NCBI GenBank assembly: GCA_965222375.1
Contig: CBDCTZ010000013.1
Span: 320,001 to 384,000 of the forward strand
DNA: 64,000 nt
Reading direction: 5' to 3'
DNA from: Polyangiaceae bacterium
Lineage (GTDB): Bacteria > Myxococcota_A > Polyangia > Polyangiales > Polyangiaceae
The notes under the pieces are model-generated. The model made no database searches. It was given only the letters and a program-made list of their open reading frames with translations, and was not told where the DNA came from. Shown in pieces: positions 37,136-46,311 of this stretch. The stretch's first letter is position 1. Each line of letters opens with the position of its first letter. The translations under genes were made by a program, and so were the position numbers.

Positions 37136-39700
37136 CTACTGAGCCGAGTTCAGCACGTTCTTCAGCAGCACGAACTCATCACCGGCATCGGTCTTGTCCG
37201 GTTCGAACCAATACACTGCGTCGCCTCCGAAGAAGAATTGGACGGGCTTGGTCCCCCGCGCCACAGGCTGGACCTCCTTGCGAGGGATCTCCGCCGAAAG
37301 CGGCGCGCGCCATAGATCCCGGGCACCTTCAGTCCAGTAGAGCCATTGTCCGTGTATGGCGACGTCACGCACCAAACGGCGCCGAGAGATCCAGCGCTTC
37401 ATCTTCCCGCTCTCGAGGTCGAGCTTCACGATGCGCACGCCCTGCGCGAAGTACGCATCCTCAGCGTCAATCGACAGCGCACTGGGACATGGCACTGAGT
37501 AGCGCTTCTCTGTGCAGCCGCCATCGGGGCAGACGTAGGACGTGAGGGGCCTGCCCTTGGTGCAACACAGCTGGCGGTCAGCGTTGCCCGCGTAGGCAAC
37601 CGGCTTTGCGGCACACTGCGTCTGACGCCCCTCCCCGTCGAGCAAGGTCTTGTCGAAGCGCACGGTGGTCATCCCTTTCGCTCCCGAAGCGAAAGAAAGA
37701 AACGAGCGGTCCGCCGACACCACGAGGCTGCTCGGAGCAGGCAAGGGGCCCGCCAGGCGCTTGGGGCGGGGCTTGTCTTCTCGCGCCAGGGCGTAAACCA
37801 TCGCTGGCTTTTCTTGTGCCCAGACCACGACGTCTTTCGACAGCACGAGCCCCGTCAGCGATGCGTGGGTGCGCCAAAGCAGCTTTGGTTCCGCCCCAGG
37901 GGCCAGTAGCGTGATCTGCCGGCCCGCCTTGTCCCAGACGGCCAGGTCCGTCCCGCTCGCTGCAACGCGCCCGTCTTTTGAGAATTGCCCGAGCCGCTCC
38001 GGCTCGCACAAGCCAGCGCTGCAGCCCCGCTTGTCACAGCTCACTCCACAGGCGCCACAATTCTTGGGGTCCTTCGCAAGCTCGGCCTCACAGCCCGTGC
38101 CTGCATCCTGGTCACAGTCCGAACGCCCCCTCTTGCACGTCAGCAGACAGGTTCCAGCGTCGCAGGCCACCTTGCGCGCACCTTCGTCGCTACAGCGCAT
38201 CTTGCAGTCGCCGCAGTGCTGAGTATCGGCGCTGATATCTGTTTCACAACCGTCCGCAAACTCGCCATTGCAATCGCGTCGCGTCTTGTCCTGACATTTG
38301 CGCACTACGCATTGTCCCTCCTGACACGCGCCCTCGATGGCCACGCTAGAGCAGACCGTGCCGCAGGCACCGCAATGCAGAGCGCTCTCGTTCAGGTTCA
38401 CCTCGCAGCCGTCTTCAGACAGCTGGTTGCAGTCCGCGAAGCCTGGCCCGCACTCGGGTTTGGACTGCCAGCTCACACCCAGGAAGGCGGCAACCCCGAG
38501 CCCAATAGCCCCAAGTGTGCCCACAACCACGATCAAAATCGGTAGGACGCGGCGCCGGGGACGCGGCGGTGGGGGCTCCGAAAACTCCGGACTGCGGTCA
38601 GCGCCCGCGGGTTGCGGAGCTGGCGGAACCGCCGGTTGTGGCTCCAGCTCGGCGATGTCGTCATCGGTCAGCTCCAGTGGCTGCCCTTCCAATCGTGACG
38701 CTCGGGAGCTCGGGGGCGGCGGCGGGCCGGGGTGCGCCGGCGGAGGTCGAATGCTGGGCGCGGCCCCGATGGCGGCGGCTTTCAGTTCGTTCCACCAGTC
38801 CAGCAGCCCCTCGGGGCGATCTTTGGGCTCGACAGCGAGTGCACTGGCGAAAAGCGCATCCACGTCTGGCTCGAGGGTGGCGCCACGACGGTTCGGCGTA
38901 GGCCGCTTGTTTTCATCCAGCGTGGCCTCGTAGAGGGCGCGGGGCGAATCGCCGGACAGAGGCGGCTCGAGGGTCAGCGCGTGCACCAAGGTCAGCGCAA
39001 AGGTGTACAGATCCGTCTTTGGCGAGGGTTCGCCGAAACGCTGCCGGTCAAAGTGCTCCGGCGCGGAAAAATCCGGACTGCCCGCCATCAAGGTGTCTGA
39101 CGACTCTTGGATCACGAGGCCGGAGACGCTCTGCTCAGCCTCTTTGGCAAAACCAAAATCGATCAACATCGCCCGAGACATGCCGCCGTCAGGCGCATCC
39201 ACCAGGAAGATGTTCCGCGAGTTGACGTCGCGATGCACGAGGCCTTGGGCGTGCACTGCATCTAGCGCGAGAGCGATCGGGTCGAGCAGCTGCAGCACTT
39301 CCTCGATGCTGTAGGGCTCGACGCGCTCCAGTCGTTCATCGATGGCCCTGGAGAGTTCTTGGCCGTCCAACCAGTCGACGACAATGTAGGATCGCTCTTG
39401 CCCGTCAACGGGACACGCCACCTTGCCGTGATGGTGAGCGCGCAGTACGAATTCGGAACGAAGCTGTCCGAGGATCTGAGCCTCACGCAGGAAGCACTCT
39501 TCGAGGGTGCCCCGGGCGTGCTCGGGCACCACCTCAGGCATCAACACCTTCAGCGCGACCGGAAAATGTAACGATTCGTGCTCAGCCCGGTAGATGGCCG
39601 CGAACCCGCCCATGGATGCGCAGTTCAAGATCGCGTACGGCCCGACCTGAGTGCCAGCGAGCTGCAATGGATCGTCCACTTGGGTCGGTTCGGTGCTCAT
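37136..39700 (-). CDS. Membrane Ser/Thr-type protein kinase with extracellular Cys-rich repeats and propeller-like domain
   Basis: VALK, HRDVNSRN, DFG, APE; Pro-rich linker; TM; DC...DGCE...HCGAC repeats x3. Confidence 0.9.
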   Translation of the reverse strand: MSTEPTQVDDPLQLAGTQVGPYAILNCASMGGFAAIYRAEHESLHFPVALKVLMPEVVPEHARGTLEECFLREAQILGQLRSEFVLRAHHHGKVACPVDGQERSYIVVDWLDGQELSRAIDERLERVEPYSIEEVLQLLDPIALALDAVHAQGLVHRDVNSRNIFLVDAPDGGMSRAMLIDFGFAKEAEQSVSGLVIQESSDTLMAGSPDFSAPEHFDRQRFGEPSPKTDLYTFALTLVHALTLEPPLSGDSPRALYEATLDENKRPTPNRRGATLEPDVDALFASALAVEPKDRPEGLLDWWNELKAAAIGAAPSIRPPPAHPGPPPPPSSRASRLEGQPLELTDDDIAELEPQPAVPPAPQPAGADRSPEFSEPPPPRPRRRVLPILIVVVGTLGAIGLGVAAFLGVSWQSKPECGPGFADCNQLSEDGCEVNLNESALHCGACGTVCSSVAIEGACQEGQCVVRKCQDKTRRDCNGEFADGCETDISADTQHCGDCKMRCSDEGARKVACDAGTCLLTCKRGRSDCDQDAGTGCEAELAKDPKNCGACGVSCDKRGCSAGLCEPERLGQFSKDGRVAASGTDLAVWDKAGRQITLLAPGAEPKLLWRTHASLTGLVLSKDVVVWAQEKPAMVYALAREDKPRPKRLAGPLPAPSSLVVSADRSFLSFASGAKGMTTVRFDKTLLDGEGRQTQCAAKPVAYAGNADRQLCCTKGRPLTSYVCPDGGCTEKRYSVPCPSALSIDAEDAYFAQGVRIVKLDLESGKMKRWISRRRLVRDVAIHGQWLYWTEGARDLWRAPLSAEIPRKEVQPVARGTKPVQFFFGGDAVYWFEPDKTDAGDEFVLLKNVLNSAQ

Positions 39701-40000
39701 GGCTGCGCCCGGATATCTCAGCCCGCGACGGAACGGACGTCAAAGGGTGGGCACTAGGGCGTGCAAAGCGCGCAGCACCGGCCGTTCTCAGCCGCCAAGG
39801 CCCGTGCCACGGCAAGCAGTCCTGGAGCGACGCAAAACACCTTGCATCCGTTCGCGCCGAGCACGGCTGCGTCAATAGCTAGCCAGTACTGCACCGCCCA
39901 GGAGCGCGGAACGAAACTCGAGGAAACGCGTCAGATCGTGCCCGGCGCGCCCGGCGAGCAGCTTCCCATACGCCCCAGGGTTGGGCGCGCCCGGCAAGGT

Positions 40001-41917
40001 TCAAGCCTTGCGGCCCGCGCGCTCCCAAGCAGCGGCCTGCTTCGCCGCGGAGAGCAAGCCCCGGTAGTACTCGTGGCCGTCAATGGTCTCGCCGTGGGCA
40101 ATGACGATGAGCTGTCGTTTCGCGCGAGTGATGGCAACGTTGGTGCGTCGGACATCCCGCAAGAAACCAAGCTCACCTTTGGCGTTGCTACGGACCAAGT
40201 CCACGACGACGACTTCTTTCTCACGGCCTTGAAAACCGTCGACAGTTCCAATCTCCATGCCTCTAGAGATCAGCTCCGACAGCTGCTTTTGCAGGCGCCA
40301 GACCTGAGCGGAGTAGGGACAGATTGCCGCGATGTCGCTCGCCTTGACCCCGGCGTCGATCAGCCGGTCGATCTCCTGAATGACGAGTTCGAGATGCGAC
40401 AGGTTGTAGTAGCTGCGGCCGATGTCATCGAATTCCTCGCCGTGACCCAAAGGGCTGGTGTCCACGAGGATGAATGGCTGGCCATCTCGGGGGCTCAAAG
40501 TGGCCTCAGGCAAGAGATCCGCCAGCCTGTTGTCTTGGCAGACTCGTGCAGCTTCGAGCCTGCCTCCGTAGTGTGCCTCGGAAGGATACTGCATGAGTTC
40601 GATCGACATGCGGTACTGCGTTGAAAGCAGCGCCGTGGCTTTGGGCGGCCAACGCTGAGCGCAACGTTCAAAAAGGGTCGATGACAGCCCGACGTTGACG
40701 TCTGGATCTTGGGAGACGACCGTGGGCGGAAGCTGCCGATGATCCCCGGCGAGCACCAAAACCGCTCCGCGCTCGAGGGCTGCCAGTGCCACAGGATCCG
40801 GTGCTTGCGTCGCCTCGTCCAGCACCACCATGTCGAACTTCTCGTCGCCTAGAGGCACCGCGTCCACACCGCCAGCCGTTGCGCAAACGACGCGGGAGCG
40901 GCGCATCACCTTGGCCCGTGCGGCATTGCGCAACGCGTGCGCCTCTCGCCGCAGCTCTCCGATCCGCTTCCGGGGGTCGGCAACCCGTCGTCCCTTTCCG
41001 TCCGCGATGCGGTGAGCAGCATCAAAGTTCGCTTGAGCTTCCAGCGTTTCTGGCAGGTCCGCAACCTTGTACTGCAAGGTGCACTGCTCCAAGTCGGGAG
41101 CCACTTTGCCCGCCGCACCGAGTCGCAACACTTTCACGCCCACTTCGGCCAGGCGTCGCGCGAGGTTGTCGACGGCTACATTGCTGGCAGCCGTGACCAA
41201 GATGCGCCGACTGAGCAGCAGCCCCTGTCGCACGACCTCCACCAGCGTGCGTGTCTTGCCGGTGCCTGGCGGCCCGTGAATGAGGATCGCATCGGAAGCG
41301 GACACAGCTCGCTGAACCGCGACCCGTTGACTGTGGTTGAGCCCCTCGTCTCGAAACGTGAGCTCCGAGACTTCCTCGAACCGCGGCTGAGCGTTTCCAA
41401 ACAACAACCTGCCAACGTGGTTCAAATTTGAGTCGTTCGTGAGCGCACGAAGAAGAGCTTGCTTTCCTCGTTGAAAGGTCGCTTCCGACTCTTCGTGCTC
41501 GAAATCGAGCACGCCACATTCGATAAAGGGATCGTAATCCTTCGGGACGCGCAGCAGCACTTGGTCCCCTGTTACGCGCACAACCATACCCCGCTGGTAC
41601 TGCGTTGGCGATGCCCCCAAGTCCTCAGCTTCCCCCGTAGGCCACAGGAGCGCGGGGTACCCACTGCGCACCCGGTGCTCAGGCAAGGCCTTGCGGTCCT
41701 TGCGCCCGAACCACAGCAGTGGCTCCGACGTTGGCTTCTGCTCACGCCGAATAAAGGCCAGCCCCGTGAGGGCTTTGCCGCCGGCCAGGCGCTCGTTCCA
41801 AGGCCGCTTGCAGCGCTCGGCAAGCTGGCTTGCACGAACCGCGTCGAGTTCGACGCGCCACCAACGCAGCAGATCTCGCAAATAGTCCGAGTCGGTCCCT
41901 GCGCCCTTCGCCGTCAC
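40001..41917 (-). CDS. Superfamily 1 helicase (IGHMBP2/DNA2/NAM7-like)
   Basis: GPPGTGKT, DEATQ, GDHRQLPP, QYRM, PYSAQ, TVDGFQGREKE, NVAITRAK; GTG at 41917. Confidence 0.94.
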   Translation of the reverse strand: MTAKGAGTDSDYLRDLLRWWRVELDAVRASQLAERCKRPWNERLAGGKALTGLAFIRREQKPTSEPLLWFGRKDRKALPEHRVRSGYPALLWPTGEAEDLGASPTQYQRGMVVRVTGDQVLLRVPKDYDPFIECGVLDFEHEESEATFQRGKQALLRALTNDSNLNHVGRLLFGNAQPRFEEVSELTFRDEGLNHSQRVAVQRAVSASDAILIHGPPGTGKTRTLVEVVRQGLLLSRRILVTAASNVAVDNLARRLAEVGVKVLRLGAAGKVAPDLEQCTLQYKVADLPETLEAQANFDAAHRIADGKGRRVADPRKRIGELRREAHALRNAARAKVMRRSRVVCATAGGVDAVPLGDEKFDMVVLDEATQAPDPVALAALERGAVLVLAGDHRQLPPTVVSQDPDVNVGLSSTLFERCAQRWPPKATALLSTQYRMSIELMQYPSEAHYGGRLEAARVCQDNRLADLLPEATLSPRDGQPFILVDTSPLGHGEEFDDIGRSYYNLSHLELVIQEIDRLIDAGVKASDIAAICPYSAQVWRLQKQLSELISRGMEIGTVDGFQGREKEVVVVDLVRSNAKGELGFLRDVRRTNVAITRAKRQLIVIAHGETIDGHEYYRGLLSAAKQAAAWERAGRKA

Positions 41918-42495
41918 TTCTCGCCCTCCCTGCGTAGCGCAGGGATCTTCCGACCTGCTCGGCAGCAATCGAGCAGAACCCCGAATCGGCGCGTGCGGGT
42001 CTCCTCCTTCTTGGCGCTCATCACCCACCAGATCGACGGCTTCTGCACCGACGGCGTCAACGACTCGAAGAACTTCCAAGCCCGCTTGTTCGCCCGCAAT
42101 CGCCGCAGATACTTGGCGTCCAGTTCGAGTTTGCCCTGCGCGTAGGCATGTCGCGCGGGGGCTTCCGGGGCTCGCCGCTCGAAAGCTCTCAGCCCGGCCG
42201 GCATCATCCGCCCGTCACGAATGAGCTGACGAGCGGTTTTGAGGTTCACTGCGCTCCAGATACTCTTTTCCCGGCGTGGCGTGAATCGAATCGAGTAGGA
42301 CTCTTCGTCGAGCTTGTGGCGGATGCCATCGATCCAACCGAAGCACAAGGCCTCGGCCACGGACTCGGGCCAGGTCATGCTCGGCTTGCCGGTCTTCTTC
42401 TTGTAGTAGCCGACGATGAGTTCCGATTTCGTCGCGTGGTTCTTCGCGAGCCAGACGCCGAACGCGGAGGGGGTCTTGAAGAAGCGCGGCTTCAC
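41914..42495 (-). CDS. YdeI/OmpD-associated family protein
   Basis: EALCFGWIDG, FTPRREKSIWSAVN, SAKKEETR. Confidence 0.93.
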   Translation of the reverse strand: MKPRFFKTPSAFGVWLAKNHATKSELIVGYYKKKTGKPSMTWPESVAEALCFGWIDGIRHKLDEESYSIRFTPRREKSIWSAVNLKTARQLIRDGRMMPAGLRAFERRAPEAPARHAYAQGKLELDAKYLRRLRANKRAWKFFESLTPSVQKPSIWWVMSAKKEETRTRRFGVLLDCCRAGRKIPALRREGEK

Positions 42496-42558
42496 TCAGA
42501 CTTCATAGCCTCGATTGCTTCGGCTTCAGTGCGAAAGATCAAAGTCGGGGAATGCCGC

Positions 42559-42591
42559 TGAACCGTTCGGTCGGTCGAATTGAACCGTTCA
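42559..42591. promoter_or_regulatory. Tandem palindromic operator-like sites TGAACCGTTC(G/A)
   Basis: Copies at 42559-42569 and 42581-42591, 22 bp apart, upstream of the ydeI-like gene. Confidence 0.4.
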
Positions 42592-42706
42592 GACGGCGGT
42601 CGTTAGGCATCCAGGGTGGTGTTTTCACCGGCGTTTGTCGTGCCATCGGCGCGGGCACGCGGGTTGCTCTCGGGGAGCCAGACGCTGGGGAGAACGAACA
42701 TGATGC

Positions 42707-43077
42707 AAGACCATCATCAGTGCCAGGCTGAGGCTCTACCCCTGCATCCTGCCGCGAATTACAGCACGACCTAAGGCGTGAATGCGTTTGCATCCTACTG
42801 GAGCCCTTCATCGATCACTTTCGACAATGCGCCCAACTATTTCACTAGCTTCCAGGCGAACGTGAATCCGCCCACGAGCACTTCGTTTCCGCTCCAATGG
42901 ACCATCACGAACATCGTCAAGCAGTCGGCGTCGGGAGCATGAGCCAACAACGGGCTTTCTCTTCGCGACAACAATCTGACCTTCCCGGGTTACACGGCGT
43001 ACCGTGCGACGTCCTTCGACAGCACCAATACGACCAGTGGCAGCCGTCGACCTTCGCTGGTAGTGACGTATCAGTGA
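42707..43077 (+). pseudogene. DNRLRE (CBM96-like) domain pseudogene
   Basis: KTIISARLRLY / frameshift / NYSTT*GVNAFASYWSPSSITFDNAP...WTITNIVKQSASGA*ANNGLSL...RPSLVVTYQ*; stops at 42772 and 42940. Confidence 0.75.
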
Positions 43078-43246
43078 CCGGCGTACTGCATTGGCCCAGG
43101 TCGAGAGTAGTGGCCCAGAGGGGCAAAGGGATGCGACCCCAACAACCGCCCATCACCACCCCGCGCCGCCTGAACAGCTCGCTTCCTGCTTCTGCCGCCG
43201 TGGTTGTCCTTGCCCCTCGAGCCCGTCTGAGACAAAGCATGCTGCA

Positions 43247-43329
43247 GGCCCCTTGGCGGAATGGCAGACGCAGGGGATTTAAAATCCCTCGTTCGTAAGA
43301 ACGTCCCGGTTCGAGTCCGGGAGGGGCCA
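43247..43329 (+). tRNA. tRNA-Leu(TAA)
   Basis: Acceptor GGCCCCT/AGGGGCC, D arm, anticodon TAA at 43280-43282, long variable arm, T arm CCCGG-TTCGAGT-CCGGG, discriminator A; CCA not encoded. Confidence 0.97.
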
Positions 43330-43487
43330 CTCTGGATCGTTCTTTACGTCGCTCGCCCCGATTTGCCGTCCTGCTAGCCGGACTCAGGCCTTATCCGCCG
43401 ATGCGGTTCTTCTCTCTTTGGAAATGCCCGCCTTCGGCCACGGGGGTTGCCAACGGCTCCAGTCCGGGAGGGGCCACTCTGGATCGT
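43314..43487 (+). repeat. 27-bp exact direct repeat of the tRNA 3' end (att-like)
   Basis: AGTCCGGGAGGGGCCACTCTGGATCGT at 43314-43340 and 43461-43487. Confidence 0.95.
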
Positions 43488-43525
43488 ACGGCCACTTCGA
43501 TCCCGCGATGCGGCGCGGGACCTAG

Positions 43526-45016
43526 CTAGTTGCAGTTGGGCGGGCTGGCGGTGCTGGGGATGGAGCTGGAATACCAGGTCCCTAGGGCGCCATTCTTGGT
43601 GCCGCAGCCTTTGCCGCCGCCCTGAACCTCGACCTGGGATTGCACGATGGAGCTGTTGGGCGAAAGCACTGTGACGCGTCCGCCGCCACCCGAGTAGCCC
43701 GTGATGACGCAGCTGCCGTTGTTGGCGGTTCCGCCACGCGCGACCAGTGTACCGGTGCCACTCACGGTCGGCGCGATCAATAGAACGCTCCCTCCTGAAC
43801 CGCCACCACCTTCTTTCGCGCCTTGGCCATTGGAGACCAGCGTTCCGTCCACGACGATCTCGCTCCGAGCACAGAGCAACATGGCCCCTCCACCTTTGCC
43901 GCCCTTGTTGGCGGCGGAGCCTGAACTGCTCCTGCCACCCCCGGAACCGGGGCACACCGGGAAAACGGGATTGCCATAGGTGAGCCCGCTGGTGCTCGTG
44001 CTGCCTGCACCCAGCCCACCATGCCCGGCGCCGCGTCCCTGTTGGCCCAGCCCGACCCCATCCGCTCCTTTGCCGGGCCCCATTCGTTCGGGATGCCCCA
44101 AGGTACTCATGCTGAGCGTGGAGCCGGCATGGACGACGATGCGGTTGGCGACGATCGCGGAGGGCAACGCCAAGCTTGGATCGCTCGCCAGGGTGACCGT
44201 CGCGCCGGGACCTGCTTCGGGTCCACCTGGGCTCCCGATGGTCAACTCATCGAACTGGTGACAGGCGTAGAAGAGAGACGCGTCGCCAGGGTACGCGATG
44301 TTGCCCTGGGACGGCGGGCAGGTAATGCCTAGGCCAGCGAGGATCGGTGCGCAGGGGTCAGCAGCCGCGTCCGCGCTGCCATCCGTGCTCGCGTCCCCCG
44401 AGCTCCCGTCGCTGCTTGCGTCCCCAGCGCCGCCGTCCGTCGATGCGTCGGTCCCGCCGCCATCCGTCGACGCGTCCGTTCCAGCATCGGCACCCGACTG
44501 CCCACCACTGCCGCTCGCGCCGCCGCTGCCACTTGCGCCACCACTACCGCCGGAGCCCGAAGAGCCCCCCGAGCCGCCACTGCCAGAGCTGCCGCCCGAG
44601 CCGCCAGTACCGCCGTCCTGCGACGCCTCCTGGCAGACGCCTTGTTCGCAGATCTGCCCAGGCAGGCAGGTCGCCAGTCCCGCACCGCAAGAGTCCCGGC
44701 ACTGCCCAGCGGTGTCACAAACCTGCTCGCCCCGGCAGTCGATGTTGTTCGTGCAGCTCTCCTCGGAGTCGAGCAGGCAAACGCCCTTGCCACTCGGTGC
44801 GTTCACTCAGCGGCTGTCGCCAGGGCAATCTCGAGTTTCCGCGCACTCCACATGGCACCGGCCGAAGGCGCAGATGAGCGGTGATTGACAGTCCGAGTTG
44901 ATCGAGCAGGATTCTGAGATGCCTTTGTTCTCGACCTTGGCCTTGCTCGAACAGCCCTGGGCCAACACGACCCCTGCAAGGGCGACAAGTAGAACGGCGG
45001 GGTACGAACGGCGCAT
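43526..45016 (-). CDS. Cys-rich/Gly-rich surface lipoprotein interrupted by one in-frame TGA (44807-44809)
   Basis: Lipobox AQGC; Cys-rich modules; GGSG and DASTDG repeats; GGSGGSVLLIA...GGGGRV domain; both ORF halves in the same frame. Confidence 0.8.
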
Positions 45017-45250
45017 AGTCTCATTCTACCGATCACCCGCTGCTGACGCGACCGGCACCGGGCCGACTCGGCCTCCCGGGGACGCTACTTTGGGTAGTGC
45101 GCGTGCTCTCATGTACGATGGGGCTCAGCATGAGATTGGTAATCGGGTGACCGGTCACGCCGGCGCTTTGTCGCGGTTTTGGGGTGGGGCTGCTGTGGCC
45201 ATGGGCACCCGCGCCACGCCGCGTCTCTCCGGGCGAATTCTTGGCAAGAC

Positions 45251-46237
45251 GTGAACCAGAAATCAGGAAAACTTAAGTTCAGCCTCGGCGCGGCGCTCGG
45301 GCTCGTGGCCAGCGTCGCCTGCGACGACGAACGCCCGCCGCCGCGAGGCCCAACCACGCCCATCGTCATCATGGCCCCCAAGCCACCGATCATGGAGTGC
45401 CGTTTCGACCCCCGTAGCATCTCGGAGGCGCCTGGAAGTCGCGGCAACGAGATGTGTTTCACGTCCGCCGAAGAAGATCCCTGGTGGATGAAGATCTCGA
45501 TGGATGCCGGCGCTGCCGAGGGCGGCGGTGCTACCGCTGGTGGTTCCCCGGCGGACGCAGGCGATGGGGGCCAGGATGCGGGACCACCGGCAGCATGCCC
45601 CCCGGAGATGGTCCTGGTCGACGGCAAGTACTGTCCGAAATTGCGCCACCGCTGCTTGCGGTACATGGACGACTACGGGCCGGGTGGCTTCTTGAGTCAC
45701 CACCGCTGCAAGGAGTTCGCCGAGGGCACCGAGTGTATGACGGAACGCGAGCACCGGCGGTTCTGCATCGACCGGGATGAATACGTTCCCGAGGGCGCTG
45801 AGCTTCCACTGATCGACCAGTCCTGGACCATGACTCGGGATCTATGCAAGAGCCTGGGTAAGCGACTGTGTTTCGAATCCGAATGGGAGTTCGCCTGTGA
45901 AGGTGAGGAGCTGCGCCCCTATCCCTACGGGCGCATTCGAAACGCCAAGCTCTGCAACCACGACAAGACCAACCTGAGTCGGCGAGGCAAGCTTCGTGAT
46001 CTCCGGGTCAAACCCGACAGCCGCCCGGAATGCGTCAGCCCCTTCGGCGTTCGCAACATGGTGGGCAACATCGACGAGTGGACTCGACGAGATGGCCACC
46101 AGCGGCCCTGGCGCGCATCCCTCCGGGGCGGCTGGTGGTTGGCGGGGCGGAATAACTGCCGGGCGGCCACCACTGGGCATGACGAATTCTACTTTGGGCC
46201 CCAAACCGGCGTCCGCTGCTGCAAGAACGCGCGCTGA
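45251..46237 (+). CDS. Formylglycine-generating enzyme family (SUMF1/EgtB/PvdO-fold) lipoprotein
   Basis: FCIDRDEY, GKRLCFESEWEFAC, YPYG, SPFGVRNMVGNIDEW, GVRCC. Confidence 0.9.
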   Translation: MNQKSGKLKFSLGAALGLVASVACDDERPPPRGPTTPIVIMAPKPPIMECRFDPRSISEAPGSRGNEMCFTSAEEDPWWMKISMDAGAAEGGGATAGGSPADAGDGGQDAGPPAACPPEMVLVDGKYCPKLRHRCLRYMDDYGPGGFLSHHRCKEFAEGTECMTEREHRRFCIDRDEYVPEGAELPLIDQSWTMTRDLCKSLGKRLCFESEWEFACEGEELRPYPYGRIRNAKLCNHDKTNLSRRGKLRDLRVKPDSRPECVSPFGVRNMVGNIDEWTRRDGHQRPWRASLRGGWWLAGRNNCRAATTGHDEFYFGPQTGVRCCKNAR

Positions 46238-46311
46238 GCAGTTGACGGCGGGCCCCCGCTGGCGAAAACTCGACTCAGACTAGGATTTCCCAAGCCGGAC
46301 GGACTTCTCCT

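Noticed and set aside
43247..43329. bldA-like regulatory role of tRNA-Leu(TAA)
   Set aside because: TTA codons occur in ordinary genes here (rsgA, the HNH gene, the 6021 lipoprotein), so nothing supports restricted use
44370..44620. GGSG and DASTDG tandem repeats as a special repeat element
   Set aside because: Low-complexity coding linker like those in other lipoproteins in this window
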